In this document: positions 52,397 through 62,043 of the stretch, one piece after another
Layout of the letters: each line of letters opens with the position of its first letter
Position numbering within the stretch: position 1 is the first letter of the stretch
Assembly (NCBI GenBank): GCA_034414595.1
Contig: DAOULY010000017.1
Span: forward strand, 75,068-139,067
Reading direction: 5' to 3'
DNA length: 64,000 nucleotides
Source: Dehalococcoidia bacterium
GTDB lineage: Bacteria; Chloroflexota; Dehalococcoidia; SZUA-161; JAUWZY01
Made by a program: the position numbers and the translations under genes
Notes under the pieces: model-generated
What the model was told of the DNA's origin: nothing
What the model saw: the letters and a program-made list of their open reading frames with translations, nothing else
Databases searched by the model: none

Positions 52397-53893
52397 TCAT
52401 CCCCGGCGGTTGATCAGCGGCAGGCTCTTCTTGACCACTCTGGAGAGGAACTTGGTCTCGTCTTTACTGAGACCTTTGAGCAGCAGTAGAGCCAGCCCGT
52501 ATACTATTACCCCCAGCACAATGGCCAGGAAAACCTCCCAAGTCCTTATCGGGTTCATGAGAAGAATTACCCCTGCCATTACCCCTGAGGCTGCCAGGCT
52601 TTTGAAAATGGCCATCCAGTAAACGGGGAAAGTCATCTCACGGGAGGAAAACCACAGAGTGATAGCTGTAGCAAGTAGGTAAGCCAGTAAGGTAGTGCCT
52701 GCTGCTGCCAGAATACCAAAGCGAGGAACAAAGACCAGGTTCAAGCCAAGGTTGACTAATGCTGCTATCCCCCAGATAATTGCCAAAGTGCTTGTCTTTT
52801 TGGCCAGCATCAGGATTTGCCATCCGGTAATTGCGTAGACCTGGACCATCAGCATGCTAAGTGCCACGAAAGGTATAACCAGGTAACCTTCAGAGGCTAT
52901 TTCCGCAGTACTGAAAATTAGCAGTAGCTCTTTCCCCAGCAGCGAAATTCCCACAATGGCTGGAATAGCCAACAGGAGGACGAATTTCAAGGAGCGCCCC
53001 AGGTATGTCTGTACTTCAGCGATCTTGCCCTCGTCAAAGGATTTGCTCACTGTGGGCTGGAGAACCCGGACCACCGGCTGGTGAAGCCAGCCAAGGGCGC
53101 TACATAGACCATAGCTTGCCGAATAGATGCCCACTGAGGCAATGTCCAGGAAATAGCCGATAACATATCGGTCACTTAACTGGGTTATCCAGGAAAACAG
53201 GAGCATCGGCACGACTGGCAGTCCAAACTTTAGATAGGGTTTTATGTATTTGAAATTGGGGAGTTTGACCCCGATCTGTGACACAATCATTATCAGGGCA
53301 GCCACGCTGGTAGCAAAGGCGGCAATCGATAGGGAGAGGACCGCGCCATTAACACCAAACCCGGACGCAACCAGCCCAGCAACCAGCCCAATTTCACCAA
53401 AGTATCTCAACAAATGCAGAATACTGTAGGTTCGCACCTGCCTGAAAGTCAGGAAATAGCGCGTGCAAACAATGAATAGAGCAGCAAATGGGATGACCAG
53501 CGCGGCCAATTTTATTGTTGTAACTCCCTGGCCATCAAATACCGCGTTTGATAGTGGTTGGGCGAGAAGGACTAACATCAAGGCAATAACCAAGCTGCAG
53601 GCTAACACGGTATAGAGAATGGAGTAGAAACCTTCCTGAATCTCCCCCTTATCCTTCTCTGCGGCGAGGAAGCGAGTGAGTGCGTTGGTCAAGCCCAGGT
53701 CATACAGAAGTTCTGCTATTCCGAGGGTGACCAGAACCTGCGCCCAGAGGCCGTATCCGGAGGCGCCCAAGAGCTTGCTGATTATCGGCAGGAGAACCAG
53801 CGCTCTTAAAGCCAGAGCTAGCTGAGTCAGCCCGACGATGCCAACGTCTTTGGTGAACTTCTCATAGCTGGACATATGCAGTCCGCCTATCAC
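52397..53893 (-). CDS. wzx: Wzx-type oligosaccharide flippase (MOP superfamily, polysaccharide biosynthesis protein)
   Basis: 498-aa ORF with about 14 hydrophobic segments, the typical length and topology. Its context is inside a glycan locus. Confidence 0.7.
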   Translation of the reverse strand: MIGGLHMSSYEKFTKDVGIVGLTQLALALRALVLLPIISKLLGASGYGLWAQVLVTLGIAELLYDLGLTNALTRFLAAEKDKGEIQEGFYSILYTVLACSLVIALMLVLLAQPLSNAVFDGQGVTTIKLAALVIPFAALFIVCTRYFLTFRQVRTYSILHLLRYFGEIGLVAGLVASGFGVNGAVLSLSIAAFATSVAALIMIVSQIGVKLPNFKYIKPYLKFGLPVVPMLLFSWITQLSDRYVIGYFLDIASVGIYSASYGLCSALGWLHQPVVRVLQPTVSKSFDEGKIAEVQTYLGRSLKFVLLLAIPAIVGISLLGKELLLIFSTAEIASEGYLVIPFVALSMLMVQVYAITGWQILMLAKKTSTLAIIWGIAALVNLGLNLVFVPRFGILAAAGTTLLAYLLATAITLWFSSREMTFPVYWMAIFKSLAASGVMAGVILLMNPIRTWEVFLAIVLGVIVYGLALLLLKGLSKDETKFLSRVVKKSLPLINRRG

Positions 53894-53993
53894 GCCATCG
53901 CGGCATTGGGTGTTTTTGCCACATAATCACAGCGGTAAGCGATTGGCCTTGGCGCTTTGCTCGGGGATGTTTATCTTGCAGGTTCGTTCTCTT

Positions 53994-55256
53994 TCACAGT
54001 CTATAGTAGTGGAATCCTACTCTATCAGCTTCTTCCCGGTCCAGCGTTCCGTGCACATCAATCAGAACTGGTCTCTCGCTCATCACAGCCCTCAACTCAT
54101 TGAGAGTCATTCTCTCGAAAGCCTTGTGGTTAACCGCTAGGATTAAAGCGTCTATTGGAGGAATTCTTTCGAGGTCTGGCACGGGCTCGATCCCAAATTC
54201 CCCTTGGATGTCGTCTAACAGCGGATCGTAGCCAAATATCTGGACTCCATATTCCTTAAGGCTTTTGATGATCTCCTTTGCAGGCGTTTCCCTGACATCA
54301 GCCACATCTTGTTTGTAGGTCAAGCCCATTATCAATACCCTGGAGCCTTTGACCACCTTGCCAACGTTGTTTAAGCCTTTGATGGCCATCTCAGCGATAT
54401 GCCTGGGCATAGCGTCATTTATGGCTCTGCCTGCCAGGATTACCTGTGGGTGGTAGCCGAGCTCCTTTGCCTTATGGACCAGATAGTAGGGGTCCACCGG
54501 GATACAGTGTCCACCGACTAAGCCTGGGGAGAACTTATGGAAATTCCACTTGGTCGCAGCAGCCTCGAGAATGTCTTTTGTGCTTAAGCCCATTTTGGCG
54601 AAGATAAGCGATAGCTCATTCATCAGGGCGATATTCAAATCCCTTTGAATGTTCTCGATCACTTTGGCTGCTTCGGCGGTCTTGATATCCTTGGCCTTGA
54701 AAACGCGGGGTGCGACCTTTGAATAAAGCTCGATTAGCAGCTCGGAGGTCTCCTCATCCATGCCGGCAACCACTTTGGTCACCTTATCGATGCTGTGTTC
54801 CTCGTCGCCGGGGTTTATCCTCTCTGGGGAGTATCCAATCTTGAACTGCTCGCCAGAGCGAAGACCGGATTCCCTCTCTAAGATTGGCTTTACCAGCTCT
54901 TCTGTGACGCCGGGATAGACGGTAGATTCCAGAATGACCACACTTCCTTTTTTCATATTTCGTCCAGCGATCGCGGCAGCGCTTCTGACATGTGACAGAT
55001 CTGGTTCCTTCCCTTCAGTAACCGGTGTCGGAACGCAGATGAGTATGAAATCAGCCTCGCCAATCGCCTCTGGCTTGTCAGTTACGATGAGATTTGGGTT
55101 GTTATTGATTTGACCTAGTGTGTCCACTTTGCTGCTGTCGATGTCAAAGCCGATAACTTTGAAGGTCTTGGAGAACGCCTCTGCCAGAGGCAGTCCAACG
55201 TAGCCCAAACCTATGACCGATAGAACAGCTACGTTTGTCTGTACCTTAGCTATCAT
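53994..55256 (-). CDS. UDP-N-acetyl-hexosamine 6-dehydrogenase (TviB/WbpO/WecC family nucleotide-sugar dehydrogenase)
   Basis: 420-aa ORF. VIGLGYVGLPLA, GYSPERINPG and GGHCIPVDPYY (catalytic Cys) are present. Confidence 0.85.
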   Translation of the reverse strand: MIAKVQTNVAVLSVIGLGYVGLPLAEAFSKTFKVIGFDIDSSKVDTLGQINNNPNLIVTDKPEAIGEADFILICVPTPVTEGKEPDLSHVRSAAAIAGRNMKKGSVVILESTVYPGVTEELVKPILERESGLRSGEQFKIGYSPERINPGDEEHSIDKVTKVVAGMDEETSELLIELYSKVAPRVFKAKDIKTAEAAKVIENIQRDLNIALMNELSLIFAKMGLSTKDILEAAATKWNFHKFSPGLVGGHCIPVDPYYLVHKAKELGYHPQVILAGRAINDAMPRHIAEMAIKGLNNVGKVVKGSRVLIMGLTYKQDVADVRETPAKEIIKSLKEYGVQIFGYDPLLDDIQGEFGIEPVPDLERIPPIDALILAVNHKAFERMTLNELRAVMSERPVLIDVHGTLDREEADRVGFHYYRL

Positions 55257-56178
55257 GCACGTGCCACCTTATTGTCTCGGTTAATCCAACTTCCAAACTA
55301 TGTGTTGGCTCATAGCCGAAAGCCTTGGCTTTGGAGATATCCGCCAGGCTGTGCCTTATATCCCCCGGTCTCGGTTCTTGGTAAATCGGCTTGAGGTCAT
55401 TTCCTATGAGCCTGATGATAGAACGGGCCAGCTCATTTATGGTAATGCGTTCCTGCCTGCCGATGTTGAAGATGCCACAGACATCGCTTTGCGCCGCCAG
55501 AATATTTGCCTGCACCACGTCTTTAACGAAGGTGAAGCCTCTCGTTTGCTCACCATCGCCAAAGATGATCGGCGGTTTGCTCTCCGAGACACGTCTGATA
55601 AATGAGGGGATGACGGCAGCGTACTGTGACTTTGGGTCTTGTCTTGGGCCATAGACATTAAAATACCTAAGGCTCACCGTATGGAGTCCGTAGACCCGTT
55701 GGAAGACCTGACAGTAGTATTCGCCAGCGAGCTTGCTGACGGCATAGGGAGACTGGGGATTGGGTGGCATATCCTCATGTTTGGGTAGTGTGGGAGTATC
55801 GCCATAGACTGACGAGGATGAGGCGTAGACTACCCGCTTGATACCGTTGTCCCTTGATGCTATGAGCACGTTCAAAGTCCCGGTGGCATTGGCTTGGTGG
55901 GTGCCGTGTGGATTCTCTATGCTCCGAGGAACGCTGCCGAGGGCTGCCTGGTGAAAAATGCAAACAGCCCCCTGAAAGAGCTTCTGAAGCAAAGCGAGGT
56001 CGACAATGCTGCCCTGGATGAATTCCACATTCTCTTTTTTGAGCAACGGCTCTATGTTTTCCATCTTCCCGGTGGAGAGGTCGTCGAGTATGATGACGTA
56101 ATAGTCATGCCCCGCGAGCTCCTCGGCAAGGTGAGAGCCGATGAAGCCAGCCCCGCCGGTCACAATTACCTTTTTCAT
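55246..56178 (-). CDS. NAD-dependent nucleotide-sugar 4-epimerase (TviC/WbpP/VipB-like)
   Basis: 310-aa ORF. VTGGAGFIGSHL, LDDLSTGK, ASSSSVYG and YAVSK are present. It overlaps the downstream dehydrogenase gene by 11 nt. Confidence 0.8.
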   Translation of the reverse strand: MKKVIVTGGAGFIGSHLAEELAGHDYYVIILDDLSTGKMENIEPLLKKENVEFIQGSIVDLALLQKLFQGAVCIFHQAALGSVPRSIENPHGTHQANATGTLNVLIASRDNGIKRVVYASSSSVYGDTPTLPKHEDMPPNPQSPYAVSKLAGEYYCQVFQRVYGLHTVSLRYFNVYGPRQDPKSQYAAVIPSFIRRVSESKPPIIFGDGEQTRGFTFVKDVVQANILAAQSDVCGIFNIGRQERITINELARSIIRLIGNDLKPIYQEPRPGDIRHSLADISKAKAFGYEPTHSLEVGLTETIRWHVHDS

Positions 56179-56373
56179 TGGTCTTGCTTCTGCTCTGGGG
56201 CTTAGCTAGCTCCAAGATTAGCTTATTTAACTGCCTGTGATTATAACCCAGCAACCTACGATAGGCAAGGCATGTCTCTCGGCGTGAGGAGAATGAAGCA
56301 TATTACTCAGGGTCTTGGGAGTAGAAGCTTTGCATCCCCTCAAGGCTGCGATAGCGGATTCTTAGCCCCGGAG

Positions 56374-56940
56374 CTATCCCTTGAGCCTTTTCAGCACCCG
56401 GGCCACATTCTTGCCAAAGTTCCAAGCGGTTTGCATGCCCTCTTCGTCCTGTGGCACTTCGCCCTTATCTTTGCCAAAGGCCGTGCTCCAGTAGGTTGAC
56501 CCGGGTACCACCAGCCCGAGGACTTGGAACCAGAAAGTGAGCTGTGCCAGGGTGAAGTTCTGGCCGGCCCGCCGCCCCACCACAAGCGGCCCTCCTACCT
56601 TCCCGCTAAACAGGTCGCCGTTCTGGCGGGCGATGTAGCCAGCGCGTTCCATCAGCGCCTTGATCAGAGCTGTGGCCGAGCCATAGTATACCGGCGAGGC
56701 TAAGATTATGCCGTCGGCCTCTTTCATCTTGAGGTAAATAGGGAACACATCATCCTCAATAGGACAGCGCTCCTCCTCGCGGCAGACCCTACAGGCATTG
56801 CAGGGCCTTATGTCCAGGTCGGCAAGTTGGATGAGTTCGGTATCCAACCCTTCTTCGGCGATAGCCCTGAGGACGTGAGCGGTCAACATCTCGGTGTTGC
56901 CGTTCTTGCGAGGGCTGCCAACGATGCCTATGACTTTCAT
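56374..56940 (-). CDS. Iron-sulfur flavoprotein / NADPH-dependent FMN reductase family
   Basis: 188-aa ORF. IVGSPRKNGNT and the compact Cys cluster CNACRVCREEERC are typical of Isf-like flavoproteins. Confidence 0.7.
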   Translation of the reverse strand: MKVIGIVGSPRKNGNTEMLTAHVLRAIAEEGLDTELIQLADLDIRPCNACRVCREEERCPIEDDVFPIYLKMKEADGIILASPVYYGSATALIKALMERAGYIARQNGDLFSGKVGGPLVVGRRAGQNFTLAQLTFWFQVLGLVVPGSTYWSTAFGKDKGEVPQDEEGMQTAWNFGKNVARVLKRLKG

Positions 56941-58883
56941 TTCGACTCCTTCCCGCCAGCAATCGGGAGCTTGACTGTGAAAGTAGTGCCCTTCCCGACC
57001 TGGCTCTCGACCGCGATAGAGCCGCCCTGTCTTTCCACCAGCCTCTTGGCCAATGACAAGCCCAGACCTACACCCTTGGCCTTGGTGGTGAATAGCGGCT
57101 CAAAGACCTTGTCCAAATTATCCTCAGGTATGCCTATCCCCTCATCAGCCACTCTTATTTCGATGAAGCTGTCCGTGTGGTCTGTGCTGAGGGACAGCCT
57201 GCCTCCACTGGGCATAGCCTGTATGGCATTGGCGATTAAGTTGGAGAGGACTTGCTCTATTTGACCCGCATCAGCAACTGCCGGAGGCAAGCTTCCCGCA
57301 AGGCTGGTAGAGCTCTCTACATTTTGAGGCGGCTTGGCGGCCTGCGCCATCCTCTGGACTAACTGGTTGATGTCGACCTCCTCAAGTTCGGCTTTGTACG
57401 GCCGTGAGAAGTCCAAGAGGTCGGAGATGATCTTGTCGCAAGCGTCGACCTGCTTTTCCAGCATGTCCAGGTGCTTGGTCACTTTTTCATCGGCGGTGTC
57501 CCCGAGCTTCATCTTGAGGAAATAGGCCGAGTTCCTGATGGTCGTCAGGGGCGTGCGCAGCTCGTGCCCCCCCCCTCCGGCCAGTTCACCTATGGTCGAT
57601 AGCTTCTCGTTGCGGACCAGCTTCTCGTGGGCATCCTTCAATTCCTGGGTTCTCTCCTCCACGATCTGCTCCAGGTTCTCCGAGTACTCCTGGAGCTGTT
57701 GCCTCATCTGCACGCGCTCAGTGATGTCTTTTATGATGGCGGCAAGACCTATTGGTTCGCCATCAGACCCTTTCACAACAAAAACGGTTAACAGAATAGG
57801 GACACGGGAGCCGTCTTTTATTATACACGCCTTCTCATACTCTGCAGGTTCTCCTGTTCTCAGAACTTCTCCTATTATTTCAGCTTCCCATTCCTGGTAC
57901 TCTGCTGGAGTTATATCCTGATATTTCTTCCCAGTCAATAGTTCCTCTCTTGAATAGCCCGTCAGCGTGGTAAAGGCCTCGTTGACATCCAGTATCGTCC
58001 CATCTAGAGCAGCCCACCCAATAGCATCTTTGGAAGAGTTGTACAAGCCACTGAAACGCTCTTGAGCTTCTCTAAGCGCCTCTTCCGCCCGTCTGCGCTC
58101 GGTGAGATCCCTGGAGATACCCAATACAGCCCCTACCTGACCCGTCTTATTCCTGATAGGAATTAGCTGGGTATTCAGCCACAATTTCCCATCAGGAAAC
58201 TGAGTCGTCTGCTCAAAGGAGGTGGGTTTGCCTGATTTAAAAACGGCTTGGAGATTGCTCTTATGGCGCTGTGCTATGTCTGGAGGAAAAAGCTCTTCTA
58301 GGTGCTTCCCTACAATTACTTCCAGGCGACGTCCGAGGGTTCTCGCGCCAGATTCATTTACGTATCGCAAGCACCCATCGCTACCGATAACGAAGATGAA
58401 ATCCTGTGCTGCCTCGGCCAGCGTCCGATAGCGTTCCTCGCTCTCCCTCAGCGCCTCCTCGGCCTGCTTGCGCTCGGTGATGTCACGGAAGATGCCACGG
58501 GTGGCCACCGGCTTTCCTTCCTCAAACCGACAGTTAGCATTTCCTTGGACTGGGATTAGTCTCCCATCCTTGGCTACAAATACGGCCTCAACATTGGATA
58601 CTATTTGGCCTGTCAGAACCTTCTGGAGAACTTCCTTGCAGTGAGGTACAGAATCGGGATGGAGTATGTCCCATAGCGTGAGGTTGGCAACCTCTTCTTG
58701 ACTGTATCCAAGCACCTGCCGCCAAGTTCTGTTCACGTAGTAAAAACGGCCATCGGGCGCAACGCTCTGTATAAGGTCGTTAGCGTTTTCAACTAGGTCG
58801 TAGTACGCCTCCTCCTCACGTCTGCGCTCGGCGCTTTCAATAAGCTCCCTCTTGCCTTTTTCCCCCATATAGGTTGCCTCCAA
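56937..58883 (-). CDS. Cytoplasmic multi-PAS sensor histidine kinase
   Basis: 648-aa ORF with about four PAS-like repeats (YRTLAEAAQDFIF..., LYNSSKDAIGW...). HisKA H-box HELRTPLT and HATPase N/G boxes (NLIANAIQA, DEGIGI, GVGLGLSL) are present. No TM helices. Confidence 0.85.
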   Translation of the reverse strand: MEATYMGEKGKRELIESAERRREEEAYYDLVENANDLIQSVAPDGRFYYVNRTWRQVLGYSQEEVANLTLWDILHPDSVPHCKEVLQKVLTGQIVSNVEAVFVAKDGRLIPVQGNANCRFEEGKPVATRGIFRDITERKQAEEALRESEERYRTLAEAAQDFIFVIGSDGCLRYVNESGARTLGRRLEVIVGKHLEELFPPDIAQRHKSNLQAVFKSGKPTSFEQTTQFPDGKLWLNTQLIPIRNKTGQVGAVLGISRDLTERRRAEEALREAQERFSGLYNSSKDAIGWAALDGTILDVNEAFTTLTGYSREELLTGKKYQDITPAEYQEWEAEIIGEVLRTGEPAEYEKACIIKDGSRVPILLTVFVVKGSDGEPIGLAAIIKDITERVQMRQQLQEYSENLEQIVEERTQELKDAHEKLVRNEKLSTIGELAGGGGHELRTPLTTIRNSAYFLKMKLGDTADEKVTKHLDMLEKQVDACDKIISDLLDFSRPYKAELEEVDINQLVQRMAQAAKPPQNVESSTSLAGSLPPAVADAGQIEQVLSNLIANAIQAMPSGGRLSLSTDHTDSFIEIRVADEGIGIPEDNLDKVFEPLFTTKAKGVGLGLSLAKRLVERQGGSIAVESQVGKGTTFTVKLPIAGGKESK

Positions 58884-59264
58884 TCCTCAGTTGCCGAGAG
58901 ATGCAAAGACACGCTTTCCCGCAGTGGATGTATGGCAAAAGCACGTTCAAGGCAACCAAATCGCTTCGGCAACCCGGCCATCATAGCTCCATGAGAAGCC
59001 TTAGACCCGCGGCTTTGCGTCCCCACCTCTCGGTAGGTTTGCCCTTTCGGCATTGTATTCAGTTTTAGAAACCTGTCTTACTTCGGCATTTGTTCAGGCT
59101 GTGGCAGTTTCCCATGTGCCATATCGCACTGGCAGGGGCTTTCTTGCATTATGAGGCAGCAATCTTGCCACTGTCAAGGCACTTTGGTACTGAGAAGGGA
59201 CAGTACTTTGGTAATGGGGAGTTGGGAATTCTGTAATATGGCTCCATGTAGCCAGGTAGCTCGA

Positions 59265-59294
59265 TTGACAAAGCTATTCCCTATCAGGTATCTT
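59265..59294 (+). promoter_or_regulatory. Candidate promoter TTGACA-18-TATCTT upstream of the small zinc-ribbon gene
   Basis: TTGACA at 59265-59270 and TATCTT at 59289-59294, 40 nt upstream of ATG 59334. Confidence 0.3.
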
Positions 59295-59333
59295 CTGAAT
59301 CGGACTAGACCATAAGGAGAGTGGAGCGAAAAA

Positions 59334-59474
59334 ATGGATGCCTACTGCGTCAAATGCCGCGCAAAAAGAGAGATTAAGAACCCTAAGAGAGTAACCTTTA
59401 AGAATGGAAAACCAGCTACACAGGGGATATGCCCTGTTTGTGGGACCAAAGTATTTCGTATAGGCAAGAGCTAG
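59334..59474 (+). CDS. Small zinc-ribbon protein, DUF5679-like (46 aa)
   Basis: Below the ORF-track size cutoff. MDAYCVKCRAKREIKNPKRVTFKNGKPATQGICPVCGTKVFRIGKS* has CxxC...CxxC. An AAGGAG RBS lies about 14 nt upstream. Confidence 0.6.
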   Translation: MDAYCVKCRAKREIKNPKRVTFKNGKPATQGICPVCGTKVFRIGKS

Positions 59475-59583
59475 CCTACCCGACAGCTTGTTGAGCCTGC
59501 AGCTGTGTACTGCGGCCTTAAGTGCTGATCAAACCCAGCGTTTGACTCCCTATTGCACGCTGTCCCGCCAAGCTGATTGAATC

Positions 59584-61854
59584 ATGTTCTCGCGAATATC
59601 GCAAAGAATATTTGCCAAACTGGGCCACTTCGTAGAGCGTCGGCCAGCCCTTATCTTAGGGTTGGCATGCCTATTGATTATCGGCGCTGTGTTCGGCGCG
59701 CAACGCCTCGTTTTCGCCAGTGGCATCGAGACCTTTATCTCAACTGATTCCGAGCTCTACCATAGCTTCCAGCGCTATGCCCGCGATTTTGGTAGCGACC
59801 CCATCATGGTAGTCCTCAGAGGCGACACGATGGATGACCTCATCCAAACACCCAATCTGGAAGCTATGGGACAACTGGCAGATGGATTACAAGACAACGA
59901 GGCTATCCTATCCGTTCTTAGCCCATTGACAGTCTTTCAGGAAACCATGGCAACGGACGCTGTTCCTACACCAGATGAGCTTAAAGACTTGGTTTTGGAT
60001 CCAACAACTGGAGGGGTAAGACCCGAGTTCAAGTCTATCTTCCCTGACGAGGAGCATACCCTGATCCTCATCAGCCTCCAAAGCGATATATCCCTGGATG
60101 AGATGAGTGCCATTACTGACGAGGTGAGTGGGCTGATGGCAAACATCACTTTCTCTGGAGTTACGGCTCATCTCACCGGTACCCCCGTCCTCTCCAGCCA
60201 GATAGATGACATGCTGTATTCCAATCTCCGCAACACCTTGATCCTGTCTGTTGGGCTGATGCTCTTGGTGCTGGCAACGCTCTTCAGTGTCAGGGGTATC
60301 TTCCTGTGGCGCTGGTTAGCTCTGGGAGGCATGGTCATATCGCTTATCTACGCCTTTGGCGCCATGGGCTGGCTGAACATTCCTCTAACTATGGCCACCA
60401 TGGCTATATTTCCCATCTTGGTGGGTCTTGGCATCGACTACGGTATACAGTTGCACAACCGTTTCGATGAGGAGGCTGGGAAAGGCCTGAGTCGCTCGCA
60501 GGCTGCGGCGGCCTCGGTCACATTCATGGGCCCTGCTATAGGAGTAGCCCTGCTTGCGGCTATCTGTGGCATCGCGGCCCTGTTCTTCTCACCCCTGCCA
60601 CTGATCAAAGATTTCACCAAGATGTTAATAGTGGGGCTTGCCATTGCCTATGTGGCAGCTCTCTTTCTGATCCCCACCTTTCTCCGTTTGGGGAGGACGA
60701 AGAAGGCTGTGGCAGAGGAACCTCTATCGAGGGGAGATAGCCGCCTAGAGACGAGATTGCGTAAGGTTAGCAGCTGGGTAGTCACCAGGCCCTGGCTCAT
60801 TGTGCCGCTGGCTCTGGTCCCGGCCGTCGCCGGTTTGGTGGTAGATTCCAGAATCGGGATAGAGACCGACCAGTCCAAGTGGCTGCGGGAGGACCTGCCT
60901 GTGGTGCAGGGCTTCAAGGAGCTCGAGGAGCTTACCGGTGGCATCTCCTCCATAAATATCCTGGTGGAAGGAGACATCACCAACCCTGAAGTGATGCAAT
61001 GGATGATAGATACAGGTGCTGCCATCCAGAGTGCCCACCCAGATACCGTGAGCAAGTTGGACAGCCCAGCTCACCTCATTGAGCAGCAACTGGGCACTAT
61101 ACCACTTTCGTCAGAAGAGGTGAACGCTGTTATTGAGCAGGTGCCACTATCAATGAGACAGAATCTGATCAACTCTGACTTGGACGCTGCCAACTTTGCC
61201 ATAACCGTAAGATTTATGCCCCTGGAAGACCTGAAAGTCTTGCAGGACGAGGTCGATGGCATTATTGCCAGTCCCCCAGCAGGAGCCAGTGCGATCCAAA
61301 CGGGATGGGTGGTGATTGAAACACACACTTGGCTGGCTTTGGGCGAGGGTCGGCAGCAGATGACCCTGTGGAGTATAGGATTTGTTTTCCTGGCGTTGCT
61401 CGTCCTGTTCCGGGGTCGGCTGTTGTACGCCATTATAGCTACTTTCCCTATGGTGTTAGTCGTGGGTTGGGCAGCCTTGGCGATGTATTTGGCTGGCATC
61501 AAATTCAACCCTCTCACCGCTACCATGGGTGCCCTTGTTCTGGGTATAGGCGCTGAGTACAGCATCCTCGTGCTGTGGCGTTACAACGACGAACGCAGCA
61601 GGGGCAAGCTACCGTTGCCGGCCATGGTGGAAGCCGTCTCCCGCCTCGGTCGTGCTATTTTGGCTTCAGGAACGACCACTATTGCTGGGTTCGGTGCTCT
61701 GCTCTATGCTCGGGACTTCCTCATCATGCGTGATTTCAGCATTGTCATCATGTTGGACGTTTTCCTCGCCTTGATTGGCTCGCTCATAGTAATGCCCGCC
61801 ATAATGGTATGGGTAGACAACCGAAGACTAGCCCGCGCCCGAAGGCAGGAATAG
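59584..61854 (+). CDS. MMPL/RND-superfamily transporter
   Basis: 756-aa ORF with two 6-TM bundles, each preceded by a large soluble loop. GLGIDYGIQL and GIGAEYSILV are duplicated RND/MMPL-type motifs. Confidence 0.75.
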   Translation: MFSRISQRIFAKLGHFVERRPALILGLACLLIIGAVFGAQRLVFASGIETFISTDSELYHSFQRYARDFGSDPIMVVLRGDTMDDLIQTPNLEAMGQLADGLQDNEAILSVLSPLTVFQETMATDAVPTPDELKDLVLDPTTGGVRPEFKSIFPDEEHTLILISLQSDISLDEMSAITDEVSGLMANITFSGVTAHLTGTPVLSSQIDDMLYSNLRNTLILSVGLMLLVLATLFSVRGIFLWRWLALGGMVISLIYAFGAMGWLNIPLTMATMAIFPILVGLGIDYGIQLHNRFDEEAGKGLSRSQAAAASVTFMGPAIGVALLAAICGIAALFFSPLPLIKDFTKMLIVGLAIAYVAALFLIPTFLRLGRTKKAVAEEPLSRGDSRLETRLRKVSSWVVTRPWLIVPLALVPAVAGLVVDSRIGIETDQSKWLREDLPVVQGFKELEELTGGISSINILVEGDITNPEVMQWMIDTGAAIQSAHPDTVSKLDSPAHLIEQQLGTIPLSSEEVNAVIEQVPLSMRQNLINSDLDAANFAITVRFMPLEDLKVLQDEVDGIIASPPAGASAIQTGWVVIETHTWLALGEGRQQMTLWSIGFVFLALLVLFRGRLLYAIIATFPMVLVVGWAALAMYLAGIKFNPLTATMGALVLGIGAEYSILVLWRYNDERSRGKLPLPAMVEAVSRLGRAILASGTTTIAGFGALLYARDFLIMRDFSIVIMLDVFLALIGSLIVMPAIMVWVDNRRLARARRQE

Positions 61855-62043
61855 AATGGCGAGCGATTCAGTGGCCGTTAGAACTTGACCTATGCGAAGA
61901 AGGACTACGACGTCACCTGCACTACTTAGGTAGCAGAGAAATTACGTCGTCCTCCGATATCCAACTGATTGTTGATCTTTGGAAGCAATCACCACCATAC
62001 CTATGGGGGCCTATCTGGTCTCCGAAGGAATATCTAGCCGCTA

